Position numbers and translations under genes: made by a program. Below the pieces are notes generated by a model. The model was not told the DNA's origin, made no database searches, and saw only the letters and a program-made list of their open reading frames with translations. From the human T2T-CHM13v2.0 reference genome, Homo sapiens, in NCBI RefSeq assembly GCF_009914755.1, contig NC_060932.1: a stretch of 64,000 nt of DNA. The stretch is one strand, 5' to 3'. Positions 29,590 through 42,829 of the stretch are shown here, in pieces. Position 1 is the first letter of the stretch, and each line of letters starts with the position of its first letter.

Positions 29590-29960
29590 TATTCAGTAAA
29601 CAAACATTTACTGAACAAATATATACTAGATATTATTCAGGTGATGAATATAAGTGCAATGAATGAGACAGAATCCCAGCTGTCAGGAACTTGGCTTCAA
29701 GTGGAAGGAGGCAGACTATGAATGAATAAATGGAGAGATAATTTTAGATGCTGATACTTTTTTGGAAGTAAATTTAATGCTGGTTTAAGAGTAACTGCCA
29801 GGTAACCTTGGACCAGGTGCCCAGAGAAGGTGACATTTAATTTCAGAGATCTGAATGGCAAAAATAAACCAGTAGAGATGGGAGAAGATAATTACAGAGA
29901 GAGGCACAAGCTTGTACACAGGGATTGGCAGAGAATGGAATACTAAGAGCTCCAATTCTG
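29590..29960 (-). mobile_element. L2 fragment
   Basis: 'attcagtaaacaaacatttactgaaca...atgaatgagacagaatcccagctgtcaggaactt' is the typical antisense L2 3' end. Confidence 0.6.
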
Positions 29961-30109
29961 TGTCCAAATAAAAAACCCAGTGTTGTACATTGCCAAGAGG
30001 TAGGTGATCACCACATAAAAAGCGAAGGACAAGTAGGCTTCTTATTCTTACTCTGTGAATTTAACTGGTGCATATGAAAACTGAGAACCACCTTATATAA
30101 AATATGAGA

Positions 30110-30465
30110 AGCTCATCCTCTGATCTCAAACTATATTATAAAGCTATAGCAATCAAAAGAGTAAGGTACTGACATGAAAACATGTATATAGACCAATAGA
30201 ATAGAATAGACAGCCCAGAAATAAACTCCCATAATATGACCAACTAATTTTTAACAAAAGTGCCAACAATACACAACAGGGAAAGGAAAGTCTCTGCAAT
30301 AAATGGTGTTGGAAAAACTGGATATCCATATGCAAAAGAAAGAAGTTAGATCCTTACTTAACATCATATACTAAAATTAACTCAAAATGGGTTAAAGACT
30401 TAAATGTAAGATCTAAAACCATAAAACTCCTAGATGAAAACGTAGGTTAAAAGTTCCTTGACATA
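30110..30465 (+). mobile_element. L1M ORF2 fragment
   Basis: 'tatagaccaatagaatagaatagacagcccagaaataaac...aaatggtgttggaaaaactggatatccatatgc'. Confidence 0.88.
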
Positions 30466-31056
30466 ATTTGGTATATCATATATAGATATTTTTCCTTAAT
30501 GCATGTTTTTTAAATGGGTTTATCCTATTTTATCCTATTCCTATTCTGATATTGTGTACACTTGTGTGTTTGTGTGCATGCTTGAATGTATGCACACTTA
30601 CACGGGCAGTAAAGATGGCTGATCTTTATAGTGCAACTTTATAGTTCATCATTTTCTAAAGCAGGAGGAACCACATCTGGACATAATAGAGACTCGGTCT
30701 TCATCCAAAAATTCCAGTCATTTAGTTGGCTATGGCAACTTGGTGGGATGCTGAGCCATCTTTTTTAAGGAAGCATGATCTCATGTTTTATGTTTAAGAA
30801 GACAGATGCAAATGAATACTTGGTGAACATAAATCTATACTGTAACAGAGATTGCCAGTATCTGACAAAAATAAATTCTTTTTTATAATATGTGTTCTTT
30901 ATAATAATAAATGCTTTTAAAATGAAGCATTTATTTTTCGGGGCACACAACTAGGCTACATTCTCCAGCCTCCCCTGAATTCAGTTATGGCTTTCTGATT
31001 AAATTAGGGCTTCAAAAGATAAACAGTACCAATAGGATCCATTTATAAAACCCTCT

Positions 31057-31243
31057 GGCTGGATGTGGTGGTGCATGCCTGTAGCACCAGCTACTCTGGA
31101 GGCTGAGGTGGGAAGATAGCTTGAGTCCAGGAGGCAGAGGTTGCAGTGAGCCAAGATAACACCACTCCAGCCTGGGCAACAGAGTGACACCTTGTCGTTA
31201 AAAAATAAATAAATAAATAAGTAAAATAAAAAATAAAATAAAA
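31057..31243 (+). mobile_element. FRAM-like free right Alu monomer
   Basis: Single right-arm monomer with an A-rich tail and its own TSD ATAAA(A/G)CCCTC at 31045-31055 and 31244-31254. Confidence 0.8.
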
Positions 31244-31380
31244 ATAAAGCCCTCATTCAGGGTCCTCCATGTGCTAATTTGCATCAGCTGGTACTAATAC
31301 AGGCAACCCCAGGTATCTTTTTGCTTATTAAGAGGCATATATAATCTCTTGCATAAATATGTGATAAAGAAAGAAAACAT

Positions 31381-31716
<336 letters not shown>

Positions 31717-32239
31717 TTATATTATTATCTAGCCATTGGTGAGCTATGTGACTAAGTCACTTCACCTCTCTAAAGTTCAAATTTCTTAAGAGAAAAGGTT
31801 AGACTAAGTGCTTGACTGGCCTTTCCACCTACTCTGGGAAACATAACAGTCGTTTCCTCATTCCTCAACCCCAAAGCCGTGTGTCTCATCCAGCTCAAGT
31901 CACAAGAGGAGTGCATTGAATGAGTGACTGATGAAAAAGTAAATGAATCAATGCATCTCCTGAAGATCAGATCCTAAAAGAGTGCCAATTTAATACCCAC
32001 ACGCAGATCTTCCTTGAAATTGCCACTGACTGGGATGAGGCGCCTGATGATTAAGGAGACAGGAAAATCAAATAGGAAAAGTAATTTACAATATGATAAT
32101 ACACAATAAATAAAACAATATCTGAAGCAAACTGGGGCAGGAGTAATCTTGCTGGGATTTAACTGAACTGCACCAGATGCCGTTGGCATTGTGAAAGTGC
32201 ACACTGGTGTCTTCTCATTAAATGAGTTCTGTCTGTCTG

Positions 32240-32400
32240 TGCCCGCCACTCTCCATGACACATGTGAGGTTCGGATGAAGCGGGGCGGGGTTTGGGGTGG
32301 GTGAGGGAGACAGGAAGATGCACAGAGTGTGTTGCGTCTTGAGATGCAGCACAGGATGCTGTTGCGTGGCCCTGCGGCACTCTGTGTCGTTCTCCCAGCT
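32240..32400. promoter_or_regulatory. candidate promoter/enhancer: GC box, G4-forming tract and ETS core
   Basis: GGGGCGGGG at 32282-32290, five G-runs at 32282-32307, CAGGAAG at 32311-32317 and 8 CpGs in ~150 bp of unique DNA. Confidence 0.45.
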
Positions 32401-34289
32401 CCTGCTGCACTTACTTGCTCAAGGGGATGCCTGTCTCCTTCCTCTAACTTGTCAGTGTCTCCTTGCTTGGGACTGGCTATGGGTTGTCTTCCTATTACAC
32501 TTCCCTACACATGTTGATTTTTCTGGCCAGATTTAGAAATGTCCTCTATAAGTTAAAAAGTATAAATAAAAACCTAGGAGAGTCTGATCCAGTACTTCAA
32601 TTTTGTTCATCTCTAGATATCTTATGTCACCTGGCAGATGAAGAATCACTGGTTTAGCTGGGTGCCTGGCACATATTTGAGCCTAAAACCTTATGGAATG
32701 CACATGCTGGCACATGTATGAATGAATGCATCAGTGAATTTGGCATAAGCCACGACTGTAAGCATGTGTAAGATGCTGTCACAATCTGGTCTCAAGCTTT
32801 TTTTTATTTTACGTATTAGGCTCCAGTCACATCTGACAGCCAGATGCTCTGGAAATACATCATGGGCATCTCCACCTGAATTCTCCTAACCTGGGCAGAT
32901 GCATCTCTAGGATGACAAGAGGTGGCATAAACAGTATTAAGAGAGTTCACTACAAGATCTTTTGAATTTCCTCTTTCTTAGTGTTGGTCTGTCCAATAAG
33001 GGGCCTCTGAAGCAATCCTGCCTTCCCCACTTTCACAGTTGTTCTTTCATTTCACAGAAGAGCTTGCCTCTTACCTGTCCAGACACTTCCATGGGGCATT
33101 GCCCTGGAGGGTAGACATCTCCAAAACATATTGGATTGGTCAAGATATCATCCCTTGAATAAAGACCTTGCTGTCAATTTGGCCCTCCTGCTTATTCGTT
33201 AGATGATTTGTAACATGCTTTTTGCTATCTCTGCATTTTCCTAATCTGAAAATAAATGGAAAATCAGAAATTTATTAAGAGGTGATAACAGTTAGTAATA
33301 ATGGCAGTGTTAATATTGGCGAAGTTATGACTCTTATGGTAACGAATTATTTAGCGAGTCAGATTTCAGTTCTTTCATTTCAACAAGATAACGATTTGAA
33401 TTGACTTGGCAGCTAAGAGATTAATACAATGATGAGGGAGTACTATGTGATTTGTGACCTATAACTTGATAGGAATTCAAAGAATTGGGAGATATTACTA
33501 AAACAAAACCTCCCCCATTTCCATATACTTATTCTTTTGTATGAAAGTTCTCAGTAATGTGAAGCATAAAAACTAAAAATAAAAAAGAAATAAAGCTCAA
33601 ACTGAACTCATTCTTACACTGAGAGATATTTAAATTTATGAGTAATATATTTCAAAATTGGTGACAACTAATGACATATTCACTAATAAATCACAGTCAT
33701 ATAAATTTTACAAAATCTTTGTAATGATAAAACCTTGAAAATAAATAATTTTAATACTATTTTAAAAGTTGATATTTGTATCATGCAATCTCAGAGATGA
33801 AATGCTCATTTGCAATTCCTTTATTGGCCTTTGGAGTAAATGAAGAACATAATATATTGCATATTTTCTATGCCCCAGTGCTGAACAAAACACTTTACAA
33901 GTATGATCTCACCTAATATGGAAAACATTTCTTGGGAATGGTAGACTTGAGAAGTAAGGAATTTCAGAAAAGTTAAGTAATTTGCCCAAAGTCACATATA
34001 CCGAATTTAAACTCAGGTCTATCTAATAAGCAGAAGCTGTACTCCTAAGTCCTTATAAAATATACTACTTAGATAAAAAATAACAACTTTCACAAATTAC
34101 TCAGAGAAGATTTAGCAGAATAAAAATTCAAGTTGTGTCCTGATTTTTAGCTTGGTGACCCTTCCTTTGTAAGGGGCAGGATGCGTGGTGGTTAAAAGCA
34201 GGCTTTGATGCCAAACTGCCTGGGTTCAGATCAGGACCCTGACACCTACTAATCATTGCAGCCTTAGGCCTTTCTTTAGTGAAATCCAG

Positions 34290-35760
34290 TACTGATATTG
34301 ATACAATGCTGTATTAATGCACTCGATATGATACAACAATCTTAAGAAGATTTATAAAATATCTCAAATATTCAATGTGTGTGTATATCTGTTCTTACAG
34401 TGTTACCATGTGTAGATTTGTGTATCCACCACCAGAGTCAAGGTACTGAACAGTTCCATCACCATAAAGATCCTTCATTTTTTCTTTCTTTAATCATTCT
34501 GTAACTTTCATTTCCATCCACTTCGCTTTTTTTTGTTGTTTTTAAAAGGTCCAATATATCATTTATTCTGTTACGGATTATGCTTTTCATGTCAATTCTA
34601 GGAACACATTGCATATCCTTAGATACTGAAAATGTATCCTGTATTTTAATACCTTTGATTTTACAACTCACATTTAAATGGTGATCCATTTTAAGGTTAC
34701 TTTTGTTTAAAGGGGGAGATTTAGAATGAGGTTCATCTTTTTGCCTATTGATGTCCAATTGCCCAGCACCATTTGGTGAAAATGCTATCATTCCTCTGTT
34801 GAACTAGTTCTTTTCCTCTATAGAAAACCCATTTAGTATATTTGAATAGTTCTGTTTCTGAGTCCTCTATTCAGTTCCATTAATCTATGAATTACAAAAT
34901 TGCCTTGATTACAGTAGCTACATAGTAAGTCTTAATACTGGTTAGAGTTGATAACTCTCATTTTATTCTTCTTTGTTAAGTTTTTTTAGTCTGCTCCAGC
35001 CTATGTCTTTCCATATACATTTTAAAATAAAGTTGTTTGTGTCTGCAAGAATTCTTGCTAGATTTTTTTTTTAGGAATTGCACTTAATGTGAAGATGAAA
35101 TTTGGGAGAATAGGTATCTTTATTATGTTGAACATCCCAAACCTGAAATATGCTCTTTTTCTGAATTTATTAAGATGTTCTTTGGTTTATTTCATAGCAT
35201 CACATAATGTTGAATATATAAATTCTGTATATTTTTAAGTATACACATATATTTCATTTTCTGTGAATCAATTTTAATCATACTTCATATTGAATTTCAG
35301 TTTCTGCAAATTTGATAACATAGAAATGTGATTAATATTTTGCATATTGATTATATGTTCTGCAGCTTGTGAAATTCACTTATTAATTTTAGAATGTTGT
35401 AGATTTCTTAAGATTTTCTATGTAAACAATTATGTCATCTGAAAATGGGACCATTATCTTTTTTTCCAAACTGTTTACCTTTTAGTTATTTTTAACTTGT
35501 CATTTTACAGTGGTTAGAGCTTCCAGCATGATGATAAACAAGATTGGTGGAAAGGACATTCCTGCCTTTTTTTTAATGGTTTTTTTCTTATTCTTGGAGA
35601 GCATTCAGGTTTTCTCACCATTATAAGTATGATATTAGCTGTAGACTTTTTGTACATGTTGTTTTGTTAAGTTAAGGAGTTCTCCACTATTTCTGATTTC
35701 TTAAACATTTATACAGTGATTGGTTGTTGCATTTGTTAATTTTGTATATATATATCAAAA
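34290..35760 (-). mobile_element. old L1M fragments (3'UTR and ORF2), antisense
   Basis: T-rich degenerate ORF2, e.g. 'gatgtccaattgcccagcaccatttggtgaaa' and 'ttttctatgtaaacaattatgtcatctgaaaat'. Confidence 0.8.
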
Positions 35761-36692
35761 TGTTAAGTTCTTATCTGTTTTGTAGGTCATTCTTCTGGTG
35801 ATTTTTCAGAGCCTTTGTGGTGTTATTTTGACCTTTTAAAACATCTAGTGCCTCTGGACATTCCAATCTCTAAGGATTCTGCCTGTCAGGGAAGAAGGCA
35901 TTTGACCAGACTGGGCTGCTAGATGTCTCTAGGTAGATACAAGGACTCTCAGGTCCACAGTGGCAAAAAGGTTTTACCAAGTCGGGTGCTTGCTGGGGCT
36001 GTGTCCTGTTTTTCCAGATCTACCTGCCTAATTTGGTATCTCTTAGTGGGAAAAGCTAGTTACTTATGCAATTTTTGTGTACATTATTTCACATATTAAG
36101 TTCAACGTTTCCATAAGATGATCATATAGAGGGGAAATAAAATACTACTCTTTAGAAAAACAGGCCTTTCAATTTGCCTTTATCACAGTGATGTAGATGA
36201 GGTAAGAATGGGCATTATCAAAATCATTCAGTAAAATTAAATTGCACAGTCATTTTTAGGCTATTTGGTTAACATTAACTATTAAAATAGAAGTTTATTT
36301 AGATTACATTGATCCAGCTGAAATCCAAGTCTGAAGATTCACAGAATAAATTATGTGTCACCTTTTCATCTTGTAAATATCAAATTGTTAGCTAATGTCT
36401 GCCTAAAATAAAAATTATTGAAAAATAATCAGATTTATTTATATTACATTCTTTCAATTTTGACATTTTGTATTTTATATAAAATAATTAGCACAAGACT
36501 TCAATAAAAGAAGGCAAACAATTATTTAATCAAATTATTCCTTAGTTTGACAAATAAATGTTTAAAATAGCAAATTTAAAATTTTGGCATACTTTCTCTA
36601 GTAATTCTTTTGTCCTCTCCAGACAGAGAAATGACATAAATTACCAAAACTTGTTTTGGATTAATTGTATATTCCAAAGTGACCATTTCTTT

Positions 36693-36994
<302 letters not shown>

Positions 36995-37327
36995 CCATTT
37001 CTTTATTTGACTCCAGGAAATGATACCTGGATGTTTCTATAAAAAACATGTTCATCACTGTACATTATGATCCTCTTTGTAAGAGTTATAGGGCACATCA
37101 GTATAGTGAGACTCTGAAATCTTTCCAGAAAAAAAAAATGTTGGGTTCAATCCTGTATTCCCTAAAGATATTTGTAATTAAATGTTTTGCTTGTTTTTAA
37201 GTATAATATCCCCTAAAAACTGAAGAAGATAGGATATACAGTAATTAGGTTAAAAAAACAAATAAGCAAGCAAGCAAAGAAAGAACCTGGTAAAGAAATG
37301 TAAATCCTACTTTATGAAGCTTTCTCT

Positions 37328-37902
37328 TGACCAAGATACCTTAATCTTTCTCTCGGCTGAACTGAACTTTAGACAATCTTCCTAACTCTAGGCACGATCT
37401 TTTTTTTTTTTTTTCTTAGTGCATTTCCTTTAGAAAACATGTAATTTAAGTTAGTTCTCTGCCCCTTTGAAACATATAGGTCACTTTTTAAAAAAAGCTT
37501 CTTGCCAGATTTACAGCAAAGGAATGTCTTTTTCAGGAACCTAGGAGCCACTGAAGTGTAACGAATAAGAAAGATAGTACCCCTATGTCTCAGTTTCTGT
37601 TGAAGGTAGAAACCTAACTTCACTGGGCACCAATTAGCAAACACAGCTTGTCTAATCAGAGCCAGTAACATTTGCAAACTTAGAAAATACTCAATATGTT
37701 CAATACCTCCCATTCATCAGCGTCCCTTCCAACACTCTCTAGTTCTTTTCCATTACACATACCACACCTTAAACTCTCTCTCATCCTTTATTTCAGAAGG
37801 TTGAATGTAGACTGTGTTCCGGTCTTTCTTCCCTATTACAATAGCCTTGAAAAAGTCTTCCTTGACTGTTTAACTTTATCAAGTACAATTTTTAGTTTGA
37901 CA
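37328..37902 (+). mobile_element. ERV1 solo LTR (MER67-like)
   Basis: TG...CA ends; 3' end 'ccctattacaatagccttgaaaaagtcttccttgactgtttaacttt...tttgaca' resembles the MER67/MER31 group. Confidence 0.7.
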
Positions 37903-38200
37903 CTTTTGATACTTTTTTGCCCCAATTCTATTATCACAGGGACTTCACAAATCATTATTAAAGATTTGAGTCCTAAAAGCCAGAAGAGGGTCGAAAAACA
38001 AAATAGGTGAACAGAGAGACAGACAGACAAATAAAAAAAAAATTGACGAAAGTTTGTGAGGGAACTAATGAAGCAGGAGCCAGAGAAACAAGCTGTGAGT
38101 AATTTATAAAGAGCAGGAGCCAAGTCAGAAATGAAGAATTAGGGGAGGGCCAAAAACCAGCAAAAAGGGTCAATATGATGACTCCATCTAAGAATCTCTC

Positions 38201-38530
38201 CATACATGGGTGAAGCTGGAGGCCATCATTCTTGGCAAACTAGCACAGGAACAGAAAACCAAACGCCACGTGTCCTCACTGTAAGTGGGAGCTAAATGAT
38301 AAGAACACATGGACACAAAGAGGGGAACAATATGCACTGGGGCCTACCTGAAAGTGGAAGGTAGGAAGAGACAGAGGATCAGAAAAAATGACTATTGGGT
38401 ACTAGGCTTAGTACCTGGGTGATGAAAACATCTGTGCAACAAACCCCTGTGACATGAGTTAACCTGTATAACAAACCTGCACCTGTAACCCAAACCTAAA
38501 CTGAAAAATGATAATGATAATAATAATAAT
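38201..38530 (+). mobile_element. older primate L1 3' end (L1PA13-16-like)
   Basis: 'gaacacatggacacaaagaggggaacaa...ggtactaggcttagtacctgggtgatg'; (TAA)n-degenerate tail; TSD core AATCTCTC at 38193-38200 and 38531-38538. Confidence 0.9.
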
Positions 38531-39077
38531 AATCTCTCAATTTAGAAAGTATAACTTTTAAAAAGCAAATTGAAGAATTTGACTTATCTTCGCTACAGAT
38601 ACTTTCACTAGTATTGTTCCTTCCTAATTTGACCTCAAATCCTGGTGAGTAATTATGCCTGACTATTTTGTAGTAATCACATAAAACATAAGTGTGTTGA
38701 GATTTTTTTTTAAGTAGATGGTCAATGTAGCCTTTTTAAATCTTTAATTCTTGGATGGCCACTTAATGTGGAAGCATTAGCATTTACTGTGCTGTGTAGC
38801 ATCACTAATTTGACATTTTTCACCTACTGCTCCTTTTTTATCAAACATTTGTTGTAAGAAGAATTGAATTTCAAGCTGAGTAAATGGTTTTTTTAGGCAG
38901 TGCAAAATTTAATACTGCTTTCTTATTGCTACATTTAATTCAGCTCTGTTTCTATTAAAATATGTTTCTATTAATGTCAGTCATTTTTGCTTTCTTTTCT
39001 GTGGAAGATTGCAAGAGAACCCTACAACTGAGACTATAAACGTTCCTTAAAGTATGTTCACAGTACATTCCCATAAA

Positions 39078-39107
39078 TAGATGATAGATAGATAGATAGA
39101 TAGATAG
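39078..39107. repeat. (GATA)n microsatellite, left part
   Basis: GATA run abutting the LTR7 5' end. Confidence 0.95.
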
Positions 39108-39453
39108 TGTCAGGCCTCTGAGTCCAAGCTAAGCCATCATATCCCCTGTGACCTGCACGTCCACATCCAGATGGCCGGTTCCTGCCTTAACTGATGACAT
39201 TGTCTTGTGAAATTCCTTCTCCTGGTTCATCCTGGCTCAAAACCTCCCCTACTGAGCACCTTGTGACCCCCACTCCTGCCCGCCAGAGAACAACCCCCCT
39301 TTTTCCTTTACCTACCCAGATCCTATAAAACGGCCCCACCCCATCTCCCTTCGCTGACTCTCTTTTCAGACTCAGCCCGCCTGCACCCAGGTGATTAAAA
39401 GCTTTATTGCTCACACAAAGCCTGTTTGGTGGTCTCTTCACATGGACGCACAT

Positions 39454-39457
<4 letters not shown>
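39108..39457 (+). mobile_element. LTR7 (HERV-H) solo LTR, 350 bp
   Basis: TGTCAGGCCTCTGAG...CACATGAAA with TATA box 'cctataaaa'; 5-bp TSD GATAG at 39103-39107 and 39458-39462. Confidence 0.96.
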
Positions 39458-39503
<46 letters not shown>

Positions 39504-39530
39504 CAGACAGATGATAGATAGAGAGAGACA
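39458..39530. repeat. (GATA)n/(GACA)n microsatellite, right part
   Basis: GATA run starting immediately after the LTR7. Confidence 0.95.
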
Positions 39531-40634
39531 GGGCAGACTTTTCAAAAGAAAATACAATTTTAGAAAATGATTGTTGAAATAGAAGCAGCTGGTAGCAATC
39601 CCCGTGGCCAGCTTTGAGAGCCAATATTATGCTGGAGAAAAGATGGAACCATGGGGCTTCTATGATTGGTAAAGTGTTACTGCTGGAAGTAGCAGTATGA
39701 CCAATAAAGCCTGAAGGGTCTTGAGAATATCATAGCTGGGAACACCTATCATAAATTATTTTTTGTTTTCATGTCTTATCCATTTATCTATCTCATTCTG
39801 TCAATAGTCTGTATTGATTTATTTATACATCAATAGTCTGTGTTGATTTATTTATATTTATATACAGTTCTGTATAGCAGAAATATAAATTAATCTATCA
39901 AATGCAACCTCATTCACTCAGTGTGAATGAAGCACATACTATAAACTTAATAACTTATTTGAAATTGAGCATAAAAGTCAAATAACCTAAAGGCTCTGTT
40001 TTGAAGAAATTGAAGGTTTAGTTGGGAAAAATCTGATAAGGAATCAAACCATGAGGTATTGATCATTATTTTTTTAAGGAATCTGAGGCCCTGGGAGCTC
40101 AAGTAACGTGTCTGAAATAAAAACAAAAAGCAACAGAGTTATGATTTTAACCTAGGTCATCTTTTTCAAAATTTATGGACCTGGTTATATTTAAAGGTTT
40201 CGATTTTGGTTTTGTGTGGTGGAGGAATTTAAATCCATTGTGCTTATATTTTCTAATTATCTATATGAAAGCACTGATTTGGAAATTATTTAAGAACATT
40301 TATATTTAAAATGCAAGTTAAGAATTTAAATGAACTTTAATTTCATTGAGATGTTGAGATTTAAAGTCCAATGATTATTGCTAACAAATTGCATTCAATA
40401 AATAGCTTGATGGCCATTGGGAAGAAAGAGAAAGTATGCATTTCTCCGATGCATATTAATTACCTGCATATTGTTTTCACCAGGAAATGGTTAGGCATTA
40501 GCAAATAGCAACAACAGGTATTCGAGATGGGTGGCTTCCAGGTGAAAGGTTTGCATAAAGATGGATTTGGTTAAGATCAGTAATGATTAATAAGAGCTAC
40601 AGTTAGAGTACAGCATAGTCCATTTCAGGATTGG

Positions 40635-42829
40635 TGTATTAGTCTGTTCTCACATTGCTAATAAAAACATACTGGAGACTGAGTAATTTATAATGGAAAG
40701 AGGTATAATGAATTCACAGTTCCACATGGCTGGGGAGACCTCACAATCATGGCAAAAGATTAATGAGGAGCAAAATCATGTTTTATATGGTGGCAGGGAA
40801 GAGAGTTTGTGCAAGGGAACTCCCATTTATAAAACCATCAGAACTCATGAGACTTATTCACTACCATGAGAACAGTAATGGAGGAAACCGCCCTCATGAT
40901 TCAATTATCTACACCTGGCCCCATCCTTGACACCTGGGGTTATTACAATTTGAGGTGAGATTTGGGTGGGAACAGAGCCAAATGATATCATTCCATTCCT
41001 GGCCCCTCCCAAATCTAATGTCCTCACATTTCAAAACCAATCATGCCTTCCCAATAGTCCCCTAAAGTCTTAACTCATTTCAGCATTAACTCAAAAATCC
41101 ACAGTCCAAAGTCTCATCTGAGACAAGTCCCGTCTGCCTATTAGCATGTAAAATCAAAAGCAAATTAGTTACTTCTTAGATACAATGGGTATACAGGCAT
41201 TGGGTAAATACACCCATTTCAAATGAGAGAAATTGGCCAAAACGAAAGAGCTACAGGCCTCATGCAAGTCCAAAATCCTAGAGGGCAGTCAAATCTTAAA
41301 GTTCCAAAACTATCTCCTTAGACTTTATGTCTCACATACAGTTCACACTGATGCAAGAGGTGGGCTCCCCAGCCTTGGACAGCTGCTGTCCTGTGGCTTT
41401 ACAGGGTTCAGCCCCTCTTCCAGATGCTTTAACGGGCTGATGTTGAGTGTCTGTGGCTTTTCCAGGTGCACAGGGCAAGCTGTCAGTGGAGCTACCATTC
41501 TGGGGTCTGGAAGACAGTGGCCCTCTTCTCACAGCTCCACTAGGCAGTGCCCTAGTGGGTACTCTTTGTGGGGGCTCCAACCCCATGTTACTCTTCTGCA
41601 CTGCCCTAGCAGAGTTTCTTCATGAGGGCCCCACTCTTCCAGCAAATTTCTGCCTGGACATTCATGTGTTACCATACATTCTCTGATATCTAAGCAGAGG
41701 TTCCCAAAGCTTGATTCTTATCTTCTGTGTACCCACAGGCCCAACACCACATGAAAGCTGCCAAGGCTTGGGGCTTGCACCCTCTGAAACCACCACCTGA
41801 GCTGTACCTTGGCCTCTTTTAGCCATGGCTGGAGCAGCAGGCATTCAGGGCACAAAGTTCTGAGGCTGCACTCACCAAGAAACCAGTTGTCCTTCCCAGG
41901 CCTCCAGGCCTGTGATGGGAGGGGCTGCTGGCAAATGTTTCTGACATGTCCTGAAGACATTTTCCCCATTGTTTTGGGGATTACCATTTGACTCCTTGTT
42001 ACTTATGCAAATGTCTGCTGCCTGCTTGAATTTCTCCCCAGAAAATGGGGTTTTATTTTCTATTGAATCCTCAGTCTGCAATTTTTTTTTTCAATTTTTA
42101 TGCTCTACTTCCTCTTGAACACTTTGCTGTTTAGAAATTTCTTTTGCCAGATACCCTAAATCATTGCTCTCAAGTTCAAAGTTCCACAGATCTCTAGGGC
42201 AGGGACAAAATGCTGTGAGTCTCTTTTCATAGCAAGAGTGACCTTTACTCCATTTCCCAAGAAGTTTCTCATCTCCATCCCATCAGAGACCACCCCAACT
42301 GAAACTTTATTGTCTATATCACTATCAGAATTTTGGTCAAAGCCATTCAACAAGTCCCCAGGAAGTTCCAAACTTTTCCACATCTTTCTGTCTTTTGAGC
42401 CCTCCAAGTCTCTAGTAAGTTTCAAACTTTCCCACATTTTTTGGTCTTCTTCTGAGCCCAAACTATTCCAGCCTCTGCCTGTTACACCATTCCAAAATTA
42501 TGTTCACATTTTTAGGTATCATTATAGCAGCACCCCACTCTACCAGTGCCAATTTACTGTATTAGCCTGTTCTGCTAATAGAGACATACCCGATTCTGGG
42601 TAACTTTTACAGGAAAGAAGTTTAATGGGCTCACGGTTCCACATGGCTGGGGAAGCCTCATAATCATGGCAGAAGGCAAATGAAGAGCAAAGACACGTCT
42701 TACATGGTGGCAGGCAAGAGAGCATGTGCAAGGGAACTCCCATTTATAAAACCATCAGATTTCATGAAACTTATTCACCACCAGGAGACCAGTATGGGGG
42801 CAGCCACCTTCATGATTCAATTATCTCCC
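40635..42829 (-). mobile_element. THE1B-like provirus (LTR-int-LTR), 5' LTR truncated
   Basis: 3' LTR 40635-40990, internal 40991-42557, 5' LTR 42558-42829 breaking off after 'tcaattatctccca'. Confidence 0.93.

Noticed and set aside
39187-39624. 145-aa ORF with IYLS repeats
   Set aside because: Translation of the (GATA)n array plus antisense LTR7.
42330-42480. Direct repeats 'ggaagttccaaacttttccacat' (also at 46520-46680)
   Set aside because: Present in both THE1 proviruses, so part of the element rather than CRISPR-like or locus-specific.
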